Of a stretch of DNA of 64,000 bases, positions 18,907-29,400 are shown piece after piece. Made by a program: the position numbers and the translations under genes. The notes beneath the pieces were generated by a model that saw only the letters and a list, made by a program, of their open reading frames with translations, was not told where the DNA came from and did not search any database. Source of the DNA: Escherichia phage nieznany; the sequence record NC_052659.1. One strand, 5' to 3'. Within the stretch, counting starts at the first letter, position 1. The number at the start of each line of letters is the position of its first letter.

Positions 18907-19125
18907 ATGCGTAAATTAGTGAGCTTTAATGTTTCAATTCTTGTTGATGAACAAAATGAAGATGTTATTAAAGGTCTTGCAAATAAGATTGCAGGTGGAA
19001 TGACGGAAGCTGAAGTGTGGGAAGAATGTGCTCGACTTTATGAGGAAGGTGTTATTGAGGTCTTGGGGGATGAGATTAATATGGACGATGTTGTAAAAGT
19101 AACTGTGGAGCGTATCAATGACTAA
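18907..19125 (+). CDS. hypothetical protein
   Basis: RBS AAGGAG upstream. Confidence 0.4.
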   Translation: MRKLVSFNVSILVDEQNEDVIKGLANKIAGGMTEAEVWEECARLYEEGVIEVLGDEINMDDVVKVTVERIND

Positions 19126-19711
19126 ATCAAAACAAATCAATATTGCCAAAGAAATTCTTACCGTATTAAAGATCGCTGATCCTAATTCTGTCTTGGCTGG
19201 CGGTGCTGTTCGTGATTGGCGTATTCTTGATATTGCTGGACGTGATCTGGATTTCTATACATCCCTTCCTGCACATCGGACTGAAGAACAAATACAAGGA
19301 TTAATTGCATCTGCTTTAATGGGAACCAATATTCGTAAACTAGGAAACAAAGAGGCTTCTGACAATTATGAAGGTGTTACTGGTCTTAAACACGTTTTTG
19401 AGTTTGAACGTGATGGTCAGCTTTGCAACCTTATGATTATGGAACCAAGCGTAATGACAACCTTTCTAAATGAGTTCGATCTGTCCATCTGCCAGGCTGC
19501 ATTTGATGGGAAGGACTGTTATTATTCTAAAGATTTTGAAACAACCTTGGAAACAGGGATCTGCTTCTTGCACAAAGATGTTAGAGAAGATGCCAAACAT
19601 GTTATTAAAATTGCTACACGTTTCCCATATCTTCGTTTTGTGAAAGAGGTTAAGGTTCCACGTCCACCTCAAGTAGATACCAGATTGGAAGAAGATGATA
19701 TTCCTTGGTAA
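19118..19711 (+). CDS. nucleotidyltransferase-fold protein, possible tRNA nucleotidyltransferase (CCA-adding) head domain
   Basis: LAGGAVRDW...DIAGRDLD resembles GG.VRD...D.D of Pol-beta-like tRNA nucleotidyltransferases. Confidence 0.4.
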   Translation: MTKSKQINIAKEILTVLKIADPNSVLAGGAVRDWRILDIAGRDLDFYTSLPAHRTEEQIQGLIASALMGTNIRKLGNKEASDNYEGVTGLKHVFEFERDGQLCNLMIMEPSVMTTFLNEFDLSICQAAFDGKDCYYSKDFETTLETGICFLHKDVREDAKHVIKIATRFPYLRFVKEVKVPRPPQVDTRLEEDDIPW

Positions 19712-19718
19712 TTAAAGC

Positions 19719-19748
19719 TTGACAATATTAAACATTTTATGATAGGAT
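19719..19748 (+). promoter_or_regulatory. sigma70-like promoter (TTGACA-18-TAGGAT)
   Basis: TTGACA 19719..19724 and TAGGAT 19743..19748; same ATG-TAGGAT-type -10 context as the minus-strand tRNA promoters; ATG 19757 only 8 nt downstream. Confidence 0.35.
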
Positions 19749-19756
19749 AGCATTCA

Positions 19757-20149
19757 ATGACTGAACGTTCTAAGATAGCTGTTGAAACTGTTTATGGAAA
19801 CTATACCAGTTTGACACTAGTTGAGAAAAATGTTGTAGGTCTTGACAACTCTTTTTATTTTCAAATTTTGGTTATTCAAGGTGGAAACAAGAAGCTAACT
19901 GCTCGTGTCGAAACATCTGAAATAATTGAAACCACTGTTACAAACAAAGAATTCATTTCACTGCAAGATACAATCCGAAACGTTATAGACGAAGAAGGCA
20001 AAGCTGCCACAATTAAACTCGGAGGTTTCCCAGTGCAAATAGTTCATTTTCCTAATGGTGAAATTGGAGTTGGAATAGGTAAAGGTAAATACCTGTTAGA
20101 GCAAGATGATATGGAAAGACTCCGCTCTTTCTGTGCAAAATTAATGTAA
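19757..20149 (+). CDS. hypothetical protein
   Basis: ORF; possibly leaderless given promoter position. Confidence 0.4.
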   Translation: MTERSKIAVETVYGNYTSLTLVEKNVVGLDNSFYFQILVIQGGNKKLTARVETSEIIETTVTNKEFISLQDTIRNVIDEEGKAATIKLGGFPVQIVHFPNGEIGVGIGKGKYLLEQDDMERLRSFCAKLM

Positions 20150-20165
20150 TGTAGAGGAGATAATA

Positions 20166-21098
20166 ATGTCCGTAATTAATACTGAAACTGATCGTAAAGG
20201 CAAAACCGTAACTTATGCAACTGGTATCGTAGACTACGTCAAACTGGATAAATTCGCTGAACCTAAAACTTTTCATTGGGAAGGAAAAACGATTGTTTCA
20301 ACTCACCGAGCCTCTCTTGTTCTGAAAGAGAAAGGTGCTAAACCAGATGAGAAAGGTGTTTGGATTTCTCTTGGTGACATTGAACTGAAAGAAGGTTATG
20401 AAAACCTGCAAGTCAAAGAAGGTGATAATTGGATCACTATTGAAAAAGGTGTAGAAGTAAGTATTGATATTGATCGCGTTGATAATAAAGGCGGTAAAAC
20501 TTACTACAATACTAAAAAATCTCGTATTACAGTATTGTCTACCGATGGTGTTCAGAAGTCTAACAAATCTTCTGGCAATAAAGGTTCCAACGATGCTGCT
20601 CCTAAGCAGTCCTATAAAAAACGTGATACTGTAGGTCTGGAAACTGGTCACGCAGTAAATGGTGCACTGGAACTGATTCGTAATGGTGTTAAAGGCGATG
20701 CTTTCGATATCGCTGGGGTTGTTCAATCTGCAACTGTCACGCTGAAATCTGAAATTGCTGAATCTCGTGGCGTTGATATTAATGATTATGATCTTGGGGC
20801 ATCTGTTGGTCACGCTATTCTCAATGCTTGTAAAGACCATACCATTAAGACTGTCTCTGTAGAAGATCTGATTGATTCTGCTCGTAAAGTTCTGGCTCTG
20901 TCTGATAAAGTTGCTGCTGCCATTCGTGGTTCCGCAGAACAGCCTAAGAAAGAAGAGAAGAAAGAAGTTAAGAAACCTGAACCACAACCAGAACCAACTC
21001 CAAGTAATCAAGAAGAACCTCCAATGGACTTCGACGATGATATTCCATTTGCCCCTATTGGACTGCAATATGGTCGAAACTTCCTGCATTGCTTCTAA
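20166..21098 (+). CDS. ssb: single-stranded DNA-binding protein
   Basis: OB-fold-like N-terminus, Gly/Ser/Pro-rich linker, acidic C-terminal tail MDFDDDIPF matching the bacterial SSB tail. Confidence 0.8.
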   Translation: MSVINTETDRKGKTVTYATGIVDYVKLDKFAEPKTFHWEGKTIVSTHRASLVLKEKGAKPDEKGVWISLGDIELKEGYENLQVKEGDNWITIEKGVEVSIDIDRVDNKGGKTYYNTKKSRITVLSTDGVQKSNKSSGNKGSNDAAPKQSYKKRDTVGLETGHAVNGALELIRNGVKGDAFDIAGVVQSATVTLKSEIAESRGVDINDYDLGASVGHAILNACKDHTIKTVSVEDLIDSARKVLALSDKVAAAIRGSAEQPKKEEKKEVKKPEPQPEPTPSNQEEPPMDFDDDIPFAPIGLQYGRNFLHCF

Positions 21099-21564
21099 GG
21101 TTTGTTTCAAGTGTGGGGTGTTAAAGCCCCTCACTGAATTTTACAAACATAAAGCTATGGCTGACGGTCACGTCAATAAATGCAAGGAATGTAATAAGAA
21201 AGATGTTAAACAGAATCGTAAAGATAAATCTGAATATTACAAAGAGTATGATAAAAACAGAGATCAGACCCCAGAGCGCAAAGCTTTGAAAGAGGCTTAC
21301 GCAAAAGGGAAAGGTAAAAATAAGGCCAATGAAGCTAAGAAACGTTACATCGAAAAGAATCCGAAAAAACGTTCTGCTCATATAGCTGTAGGTAACGCAC
21401 TCCGAGATGGAAAGTTAGTAAAACAACCTTGCCAAGTGTGTGGGTCTGTTGATGTTCATGCTCATCATTGTGATTATGATAAACCGTTAGATGTTCTATG
21501 GCTGTGTCCTCTACACCATGAGGCTTGGCATCAAGAACATGGTGAAGGATTGAACGCTGAATAA
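21070..21564 (+). CDS. HNH homing endonuclease
   Basis: CFKCG...CKEC zinc-finger-like N-terminus and HNH core VHAHHCDYDKPLDVLWLCPLHHEAWH; ATG 21070 overlaps SSB 3' end; alternative ATG 21037. Confidence 0.75.
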   Translation: MVETSCIASKVCFKCGVLKPLTEFYKHKAMADGHVNKCKECNKKDVKQNRKDKSEYYKEYDKNRDQTPERKALKEAYAKGKGKNKANEAKKRYIEKNPKKRSAHIAVGNALRDGKLVKQPCQVCGSVDVHAHHCDYDKPLDVLWLCPLHHEAWHQEHGEGLNAE

Positions 21565-21600
21565 AAGAAAAGGGAACCTTTACGGGTTCCCTTTTTTATT
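21563..21600. terminator. bidirectional rho-independent terminator
   Basis: GGGAACC..GGTTCCC hairpin flanked by A-run upstream and TTTTTT downstream; between convergent genes. Confidence 0.65.
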
Positions 21601-24274
21601 AGTCGTAATATTTCAAACCTGTAATGAACTTCGATCCCCAATCCGCACTTGCGGCGGTGAACGTCAACATCCAAGTTGTAGCTGTACCAGTGAAGACCTC
21701 TCGTTGCACAGTACCATCAGTGTGGTAAATGTCCACGCCAGTATGTCCATTCTTAGGAATAGTGAAGGTAACAGCACTGGTAGTGTCTCGTGCATAAGAA
21801 CAAACAAATGGTGTCCCCGCCCAAACTGGATTTGTCATATCACCCATCTCAAGCTGTGGAACCCAAGCAATAAGACCTGCCGTACCATCTCCTGCGAAAG
21901 TGTCTGATCCACTTGCATTCAAAGCTATAATCTCATAGGTTATAGATGCTTGTTTGGCAACTGTCACTTTGTGTAGAATTACACGATACCAACCATTCCC
22001 CATATCGATTATGTTTGCATCTGCACCTGTAAATGTTCCAGCTACAAGATCATAAGTCCCTTCGTTAATCTCATCTCCTGAAGTCAATTTGAGTTTCACT
22101 TTAGTGATCCCGTCTGGCTTCAAGAATACGGATGCCGCCCAGTGCTTACCTGCTGTAATATCAGAAGCTGTATTCACTGCTGATAAAATATGTTGTCCTG
22201 AAGTTGTAGAAGGTGTTAACTTGTAAGTGTTAGCCGTAGTTCCAACCGGAGAGTTGATTGTTGATGCTGTGACTGTCAAGTTCGTCTTCAACCACGGGGA
22301 AGCTGTTGTCAAGTTATTGTTGATAAAGATATGTGTACGGTTGGCTGCTACAACACGTCTACCTTGTGGAGTTGTACCAACATATTCTAAAGGTGCTACG
22401 GGAGCAGAACTCTCTGTAGGTACAAGGATATCTCCAGAAGCCCTGGCATAACGGTTACTCCTGTTGACCTTTACATCCGTTGGAATAGTTTCTTGCGTCA
22501 AATCATAGTCCATCACAATCACCACAGCATTCACTGCGAGATAAGAACTATCTTCGGCAGTTACCACACCTTGATAAGTTGCTCTACAACCGATACGACA
22601 ATCCCCATCAGCAACCGCTGTAATAACGCCTGTAACGGGGTCAACTGTTGCTACCGTAGGGTCATTAGAGAAATACTCAACAACCATACCAGGTAAGCTT
22701 GCTGCTCCTGTTGGCGTTATTTCTGCTACCATTGTTTGTGTTGTTCCTACATCCATCGCAGATAAGCTAGGGGTGTAAACGCTCAATGTTGAAGCATATC
22801 CTCCAGAGGTATCTGATAAAGTTGTTCCTTCAGCGTTTAAGGCTGTCATACCTGCATCAAAACCACCTTCTGCATGGAAAGTCATTAAACCAGTAGATGA
22901 TATTGTCATGTTTGCAGGGGCAGAAGAAGTGTATTTAATATTGAAAAGTTTACCTCCTTCTGGGCTAACAGAATGTGTCAACTGTTTAGTTCCACCTACA
23001 ATACAAATTCCTAAAGAATCTGTAGTTAAGTCAGTTGCCAGAATATCACCCGTAATCACGGAGCTTGCTATTGGTGTGAATTTATTATAGTTTAGACCGC
23101 TATTGAACAGATACGAGGCTTTCCCATCTTTCCAAATACCGGAATAATACATATCTCCATTATAAACGAAAAAGGTTCCTTGATAACCTAATTGGTTAGT
23201 AACATCCATATTCAGCGTATGAACGCTTGTGAGCTTGTTTATATCCCAGGAACCCACTCCTTCAGGTTTAACTGGTTTTCCCACTTGAAGTGGATCTCCG
23301 CTCGCAGAATCATACCCCAAACCTAAGTTTGCAGTGTAGTTCTTACCAATAGCCCACAAGGAATTATTGATCCCAACGAAAAAAGAGTGGCGGCTTGGTG
23401 GAAATTTCCATGTTGAGAAACCTGCTGCAAAGGTATTCAGTTTAGTATAGGTTGTTTCTGTATTAGATCTAACATATAAGTAGTTTACTGCACCCGTGCC
23501 ACCGGAGGTATCTCCTACAACTATTGTCTGGGAAACTGTATTGATGTAATCTTTGACATACACTGTTTCAGTAGCGGATATCTTGGCATTGACAAAAGCT
23601 GTTGTTGTGTTATTATTACCTGCTAAACCTTTACTAGCTCCACAAACACGCAAGGTTCCCACATTGTTGACATAAGAGCATTGGTTGTAACCTGCATCAA
23701 AAGCAACTGCTGCACTTGTTATCTGACGAGGAGTAGAAACTTCGTTAGTAGTACTTGCACCTAAACTGCCTACTGTGTTTTGACCAGATCCGTAAAGAAC
23801 ACCACTATTCATTAACCAGAGAGTGTTGTTATATCCTCCCTTAACCTCTTTAAGATTGGCTAAAGAGATAGTCCCTGTTATTACAGATGGAAAGCTGGTC
23901 CAAGTAGTTACACATGCGTCCGTACCACCTGCTGCTATAGATCCTACCAATCCTGCTGTCAATCCTGAATATTGCCATCCCCCACTGTTAGTTTTAATAA
24001 CAAAACAACGATCTGCGGTAAACACATCCGCTACTACAGTAGAAGCTAAGTGGAAATTATTGAATCGTGCACTACGAGTTCCATCTGCAATCTCACCAAA
24101 AAGGTTTGCGCCTTGAGTAAACAATCTACCATCATTAAGCAAAATTGCTAAACTGCTGTTAGAATTACCAGCATTATCTGGGTAATCTAAAGTGATTACT
24201 TTTTTAACAATACCTGCTGGCAGAGGAACGACACCAGTGCTGGTCATAATAGTAAATATTGGAATTGGAAACAT
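21599..24274 (-). CDS. tail fiber / receptor-binding protein (with Ig-like domain)
   Basis: 891 aa, Gly/Thr/Ser/Asn-rich beta-rich sequence, position at distal end of tail module. Confidence 0.45.
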   Translation of the reverse strand: MFPIPIFTIMTSTGVVPLPAGIVKKVITLDYPDNAGNSNSSLAILLNDGRLFTQGANLFGEIADGTRSARFNNFHLASTVVADVFTADRCFVIKTNSGGWQYSGLTAGLVGSIAAGGTDACVTTWTSFPSVITGTISLANLKEVKGGYNNTLWLMNSGVLYGSGQNTVGSLGASTTNEVSTPRQITSAAVAFDAGYNQCSYVNNVGTLRVCGASKGLAGNNNTTTAFVNAKISATETVYVKDYINTVSQTIVVGDTSGGTGAVNYLYVRSNTETTYTKLNTFAAGFSTWKFPPSRHSFFVGINNSLWAIGKNYTANLGLGYDSASGDPLQVGKPVKPEGVGSWDINKLTSVHTLNMDVTNQLGYQGTFFVYNGDMYYSGIWKDGKASYLFNSGLNYNKFTPIASSVITGDILATDLTTDSLGICIVGGTKQLTHSVSPEGGKLFNIKYTSSAPANMTISSTGLMTFHAEGGFDAGMTALNAEGTTLSDTSGGYASTLSVYTPSLSAMDVGTTQTMVAEITPTGAASLPGMVVEYFSNDPTVATVDPVTGVITAVADGDCRIGCRATYQGVVTAEDSSYLAVNAVVIVMDYDLTQETIPTDVKVNRSNRYARASGDILVPTESSAPVAPLEYVGTTPQGRRVVAANRTHIFINNNLTTASPWLKTNLTVTASTINSPVGTTANTYKLTPSTTSGQHILSAVNTASDITAGKHWAASVFLKPDGITKVKLKLTSGDEINEGTYDLVAGTFTGADANIIDMGNGWYRVILHKVTVAKQASITYEIIALNASGSDTFAGDGTAGLIAWVPQLEMGDMTNPVWAGTPFVCSYARDTTSAVTFTIPKNGHTGVDIYHTDGTVQREVFTGTATTWMLTFTAASADWGSKFITGLKYYD

Positions 24275-24285
24275 TTAAACCCTCC

Positions 24286-24311
24286 ATAAAAAGAAAGCCC
24301 CTTTCGGGGCT
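24286..24311 (-). terminator. rho-independent terminator (minus strand)
   Basis: AGCCCC-TTTC-GGGGCT hairpin with A-run on plus side (U-run on minus transcript). Confidence 0.5.
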
Positions 24312-24315
24312 TCTG

Positions 24316-26340
24316 TTATCGTGTTACAACAACCATGTCCACGATATCACCCACACCAGGATACGTTAATTGCAAAATTGTTACTGCGTTAGCAGTAGTT
24401 GCTATTTCTGTATCATTTAGTGCTCCATAAGACGCATCTAGTGTAACCGTGTGTCCCGTTGTATCTTGAATCAAATAAATCATTGCTGAAAACGCTTTAG
24501 GTTTTGTAGAGCCAGTGACACCAGGCCATGCTCCAACTGTCAGAGCGTCAGTTACTGTAACAACATACATATTGGAAGTTCCAGAAGGAGTCCAAGATGC
24601 TCCAGAGTTGGCAGTAGTTGTTTCAAGTTCCATGAAACCTGCTGTAACTTTAGTTGGTGTTATAGCTTCCGTAGGATCTGATCCTGATATTTCGATCCAG
24701 TTTCCATCAGAACGACCATACGTCAAGCCGTCTTGAGGGGCTTCTGGTATACTAGGAAGAGTTCCTATAAGTGTCCACGTAGAAGAATCTGTTTTCTTAA
24801 ACACTGCTCCAGTGGTAGTATTGAAGGCGTAATCATTGATAACACCGTCTCCTGCGACTGGATTAGTTGTTGCTACAAACCATTGTGCGCCGTCCTTACC
24901 GTTGGTCCCATTAGTACCATTGGTTCCGTTTGCTCCTGGATCACCTTTCTCACCTTTATCTCCCTTCTCGCCTTTGTCACCTTTAATACTCCCCATGTCA
25001 ACAAAAGATGCGGAATTGGTGTCTTGATCATAAGTATAGATGTAAAGATTACTGGTGTCTTCAGTTAAATAAGCATCGCCATAGTTATTATAAACGGGGA
25101 GAGCTTCTCCATTTGCAACATGACCTTTAGCTGTAATAGATCTACCACCCAAACTACCCACATTGAGCCACGTTTGATTGTCGTCGATCCACACGTAAAG
25201 GTCATTTTTTACAATGTAGGCATCACCAACCTCCGCTACAGACGGTAGTTCTGAAACATCTGACAATTCGCCATTTACAGAAAGACCTGCACCAACCGGA
25301 CCTTGGATACCTTGAACACCCTGTTCACCTTGTGGACCAGGATCTCCCTTATCTCCTTTGTCCCCCTTCTCTCCTTTTAAGGAAGCAACAAAATCTACTT
25401 CTGTCCCTTCATTACCAGCATCCAGCCAACTTTGATATGCAGATTTCCCTTCGTCTCCATCTGTTCCATCTAGACCGTCTTTACCTGCCTCACCTTGTGG
25501 ACCTTGAGGACCAACAATATTACCCATGTTGACCCAAGCTGTCCCATTAGAGACATAAAGATTGCCATTGATAGAATAAGCTTGGCTTACGTTTTCAGAG
25601 TTAGGTTGTGGTAAGTTACTTGTAGAAGGCAAATCCCCACGATAATCAAAACCGTTGGCGTTAACACCAGGTGCTCCCTGTGGCCCTGTAGGACCAACAT
25701 CGCCTTTATCGCCTTTTATAGAGGTAAGAAAATCATAAACAGACCCTGTATTACCATCTGCCAACCATACCTCGTAAGCTGATTTACCTTCTGGCCCAAG
25801 AGAAGAAATAAGTTTCCAAACAGAACCATCCCAAGCGTAAATCACATCACCTACAATATAACCATCCCCTGCAACGTTACCTGTAGATGGTAGTTCACTA
25901 GTGCTTGCTAATGATCCTTTAATATTAAGTTGAGCACCAGTATCCCCTTTCAAAGAGGCAAGCCATTGTGCTTCTGTTCCAACAAAACCATTATCAAGTG
26001 CGATCTGATAAGCCGATTTACCAGCTTCAGGTATTGTTTCCGACAGATCATCAATCTGTTGCTGCACTGCCGTAAACTTGGCATTGATAATTGCTATATC
26101 ATCAGCGGTCCCAACACTTTGCCATGCAAGGGAAGAAATACCACCTGTGGTGGCTGGCGTAGAGTTTGCTGGAACTACTTTAGGAAAAGTTCCTTTCCAT
26201 TGGTAATAATTCCCTTCTGCTGCTAACAGCAAAACTTCACGGGAATTACGTAATGTAAAACCTGCCTCAAAGCTGCGACGTTTTCGATAAGTAGCTTCTA
26301 CCAGATCGGCTATCGCACTATTAGGTCTTGTTAAATTCAT
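24316..26340 (-). CDS. tail fiber protein with collagen-like Gly-X-Y repeats
   Basis: GPQGPQGEAGKDGLDGTDG and KGDKGEKGDKGEKGDPGANGTNGTNGTNGKDG tracts; three copies of a ~30-aa GKSAY..WL..GN.G...F..SLKGD.G repeat. Confidence 0.6.
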   Translation of the reverse strand: MNLTRPNSAIADLVEATYRKRRSFEAGFTLRNSREVLLLAAEGNYYQWKGTFPKVVPANSTPATTGGISSLAWQSVGTADDIAIINAKFTAVQQQIDDLSETIPEAGKSAYQIALDNGFVGTEAQWLASLKGDTGAQLNIKGSLASTSELPSTGNVAGDGYIVGDVIYAWDGSVWKLISSLGPEGKSAYEVWLADGNTGSVYDFLTSIKGDKGDVGPTGPQGAPGVNANGFDYRGDLPSTSNLPQPNSENVSQAYSINGNLYVSNGTAWVNMGNIVGPQGPQGEAGKDGLDGTDGDEGKSAYQSWLDAGNEGTEVDFVASLKGEKGDKGDKGDPGPQGEQGVQGIQGPVGAGLSVNGELSDVSELPSVAEVGDAYIVKNDLYVWIDDNQTWLNVGSLGGRSITAKGHVANGEALPVYNNYGDAYLTEDTSNLYIYTYDQDTNSASFVDMGSIKGDKGEKGDKGEKGDPGANGTNGTNGTNGKDGAQWFVATTNPVAGDGVINDYAFNTTTGAVFKKTDSSTWTLIGTLPSIPEAPQDGLTYGRSDGNWIEISGSDPTEAITPTKVTAGFMELETTTANSGASWTPSGTSNMYVVTVTDALTVGAWPGVTGSTKPKAFSAMIYLIQDTTGHTVTLDASYGALNDTEIATTANAVTILQLTYPGVGDIVDMVVVTR

Positions 26341-26402
26341 TTATCTCTCCTATCATTAGACCATTCTATTGGAAGAAGAGGGGGGAATCCCCCTCTATTC
26401 CA

Positions 26403-29400
26403 TTAGGTTGTTGGCACATCTACTACTGGCGTTGGGCGAATAACCGCAGTATTACCTACAGAAACATTACTGGAATCATTAGGTATGGTTTTAATTCTAA
26501 CTCCAGCACTTGTAGGCGTTACAATTGGATCTGCAATGTCTATTTTAACTGGGTTAGTCCACGTATCATTATCTTGATAAGGTGCACGAGTAATAACTGT
26601 GTCCAAATCTGCTCCACCTACGCCAGCACCAGGAATACGGATACGTGTCCCTGCTGATAGAGGGTAATGATACAACCAAGAAGCATTTGTTGCTGTCCCG
26701 TTAGGAGTCAAGTTCTGTGTCAGGAAGGTATCTCCTGCCTGTGTAGCTCGAATACCGAAAGCTGGGATATCTGGAATATATGCCCCACTTGTTGTTACAA
26801 GGAAGAACGTATTATCCGCCTTGACTATCATATCACCTTTGTCAAACTCTTTCCCTGTTGGGAAATGCATTCCATCAATGTTTCGACTAGGATTAGGCTC
26901 TAAGTAATAAACTTTGCCCGTTGTCCCTACAATAGCTCCAATACCACCTGCGATATTGGTATACATATTAGCTTCAACATTACAGTTGACACGATGAATA
27001 TCCGAGTAACGGCAACGGCTCCACTGTGGACGACCAGTAACCATCGTCTTGCCATCTGGGTAACAGTTTACGTTAACCATTTCAAGAACAGATTTTTCTC
27101 TACGGAAGAATCCATCATAAAATGTCCCTGGACCAGATTCAGGTTGACCAACACAATCGAAGATATTACAGGTGATGTTAGACATTGAAAGCCAAGAAGC
27201 TATACCGAACAACTGCAATGCAGCGCAACGAATATTTTCAAAGCTAACTCTGTTTTCATAACCTGGCCCAGCGGAAACTCCTGCAAAAACACGCCCAGTT
27301 TTGGTGTGAATGTTACGAACAGAATAGTTAAAGCATGGGTTTGAAGGTCTACCCTGTGCCGGAACTACCGGATTACCCTCTTCGTCCAGAACTGCGTTAG
27401 TTCCCCACTCCAAATAAATCATACGGATATTACTTGCAAGTGTGCTACCGTCTGTTTTAGGTTCTCCATAAACACCGTCAATCGTAAAATCTTTACTTCC
27501 ATACATTACAACTGCGCCAGTTGCCAAACCTGTTCCAACAGATACGGTTTGATCTGGATCGCCATGAATGTTTTCGATAGAAATATTACGACCAACTTCT
27601 ACGTGGACAATCTGACGGCAACGTTTTGCAAAAACGTTACGAATTGTAATATTCTTGCAATATTGATCATCAGAGATTCCGTAACCATATGGTCCTTTAC
27701 CAGCTACACCGATACCGATACCCCAGTTGGACAGAGGAATAGGAGCGTTAGTCCCATCGATATTAGACAGGTAAATATTCTCAATCACACAACCATCGTC
27801 ATAATGTTTATTGATGACGTTCAGTTCTATTGCATCACCTTGCATGTCCATGAAGGTAAGGTTACGGAAGACACCGCGTGTTACTGGCTCCCCTGTCCCT
27901 TGTTGAAGGATGCCATATAACCCGTTTTTAAAAGTACAATTATCAATTTCAAAAGTACCTGATATTGGGTTGCCTTGGAATACCAAGCTACCAACTTGAC
28001 CTGCGCGAGGAGCACCGTCCCACAAACAATCGAACATGCGCACAGCACCACCCCAATACATAACACGAGAGTTACGGAAAGTTGTGCCTTCTACTGTAGC
28101 ATTCTGCACACGATAGTCGCGTTGACCACGGAACACACCCCCACGCAAAGTGATACCTTGAATATCAAAAGAGCTTGTCGTGAAAGTCATATCGCAACCG
28201 TAAGCATCGAGAATCTTACTTTTCGAAGCTTTTGCTGCTAACAGTGCCGCCTGGAAAGCTGCTTCTGGTGTGGTATAGGTGGTTGTATTGTTAGCAAATT
28301 CTGACAAGTAGACAACATCGAATAAATCATTGTATGTTCCACCGCGAGGGGTTAACAGTCCTTCTGTATTAGTTAGAACCCATGCGTTTGGACCTAATCC
28401 ACCGCTTGTCTCCAATGTGTCAGAGGCCAAAATACTTTTTGGTAAACTCCCCGCCCAACGATAACGACCAGCACCACGTCCAATCGTCTGATTTTTAGCT
28501 GTCAGAGTTACATTATTACCAAAGCTTGTAGGCAAATGAACAAACTGTCCACGTTCAACAGCCAGTGCAGAAAGATCTACAGATCCCCCAGAGTAAGTCA
28601 TTACTCCAGAAACAGACAGGGATGTTAAAGTTCCTGTAATGTTAGGAGGTAGTGTGTAGGAAGACTGTGCTACCGGATCATATAGGGCTTTAATACCTGT
28701 TAAAGACTGTCCTGCTGTAGCATAAGCTACCTCATCATCTAACAAACCATACTTACGAGCAATGGTTTGCAGCGGAACTTTATCCATGCTTTCTGTCAGT
28801 TCTTCAGTTTTTGTTTCTAAACTGACAAGACGGTTCTCTAAGTTAGGATCTGTATCTGCGGAAGCTACAATTTTACCAATGTAAGCAAAAAGCTTGTTTG
28901 GTAATCCTGTTGCAGGATCATGCCCCAAAGGTTCAGATAAAATGATTTTACTATCTTCTATGCGGAAAGCTTCTCCCAAAACCTGAATAACACCATTGAT
29001 CGTAACAATAGCACTATCAAAGATGTAGGGTGGACTGATTACTGTTTCATAACCAGTTGCACCAGAATATACCCAAGGGGTGACTTCTGTTGCCAATTGT
29101 TCTGTCTTCAGTCCCCACAATACCCAGTTGTTATCTCCTACTGGAGTCCCTTGCATAGGGATTGGGTTAACCAATGTAGCGTTAGGAGCATAGTAATAAC
29201 CGCTCAATACCCCATTCTGGAAATAACGAAGTTGGTTAAAAACTGTTTCGTTTGTGCCTTGCGCCCAATCTAATGGGCTTTTAAAGAAAAAGTTGTCAAC
29301 AAGGGCTTTTCTCAGGGTTGGTATCAACCCTGATTCTGTTTCAATACTCTCTGTAGCACTTCCATTAATAACATCATGGAGTTGGTTAGATGAGAAAATA

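Noticed and set aside
20298-21134. 278-aa minus-strand ORF antisense to the SSB gene
   Set aside because: Lies entirely opposite a well-supported SSB CDS, has low-complexity hydrophobic composition and no RBS context; judged a shadow ORF.
20872-21564. ORF-track start at 20872 for the HNH endonuclease ORF
   Set aside because: The first 66 codons overlap the SSB gene in another frame and translate to low-complexity sequence; the recognisable protein begins near the ATG at 21070 (or 21037).
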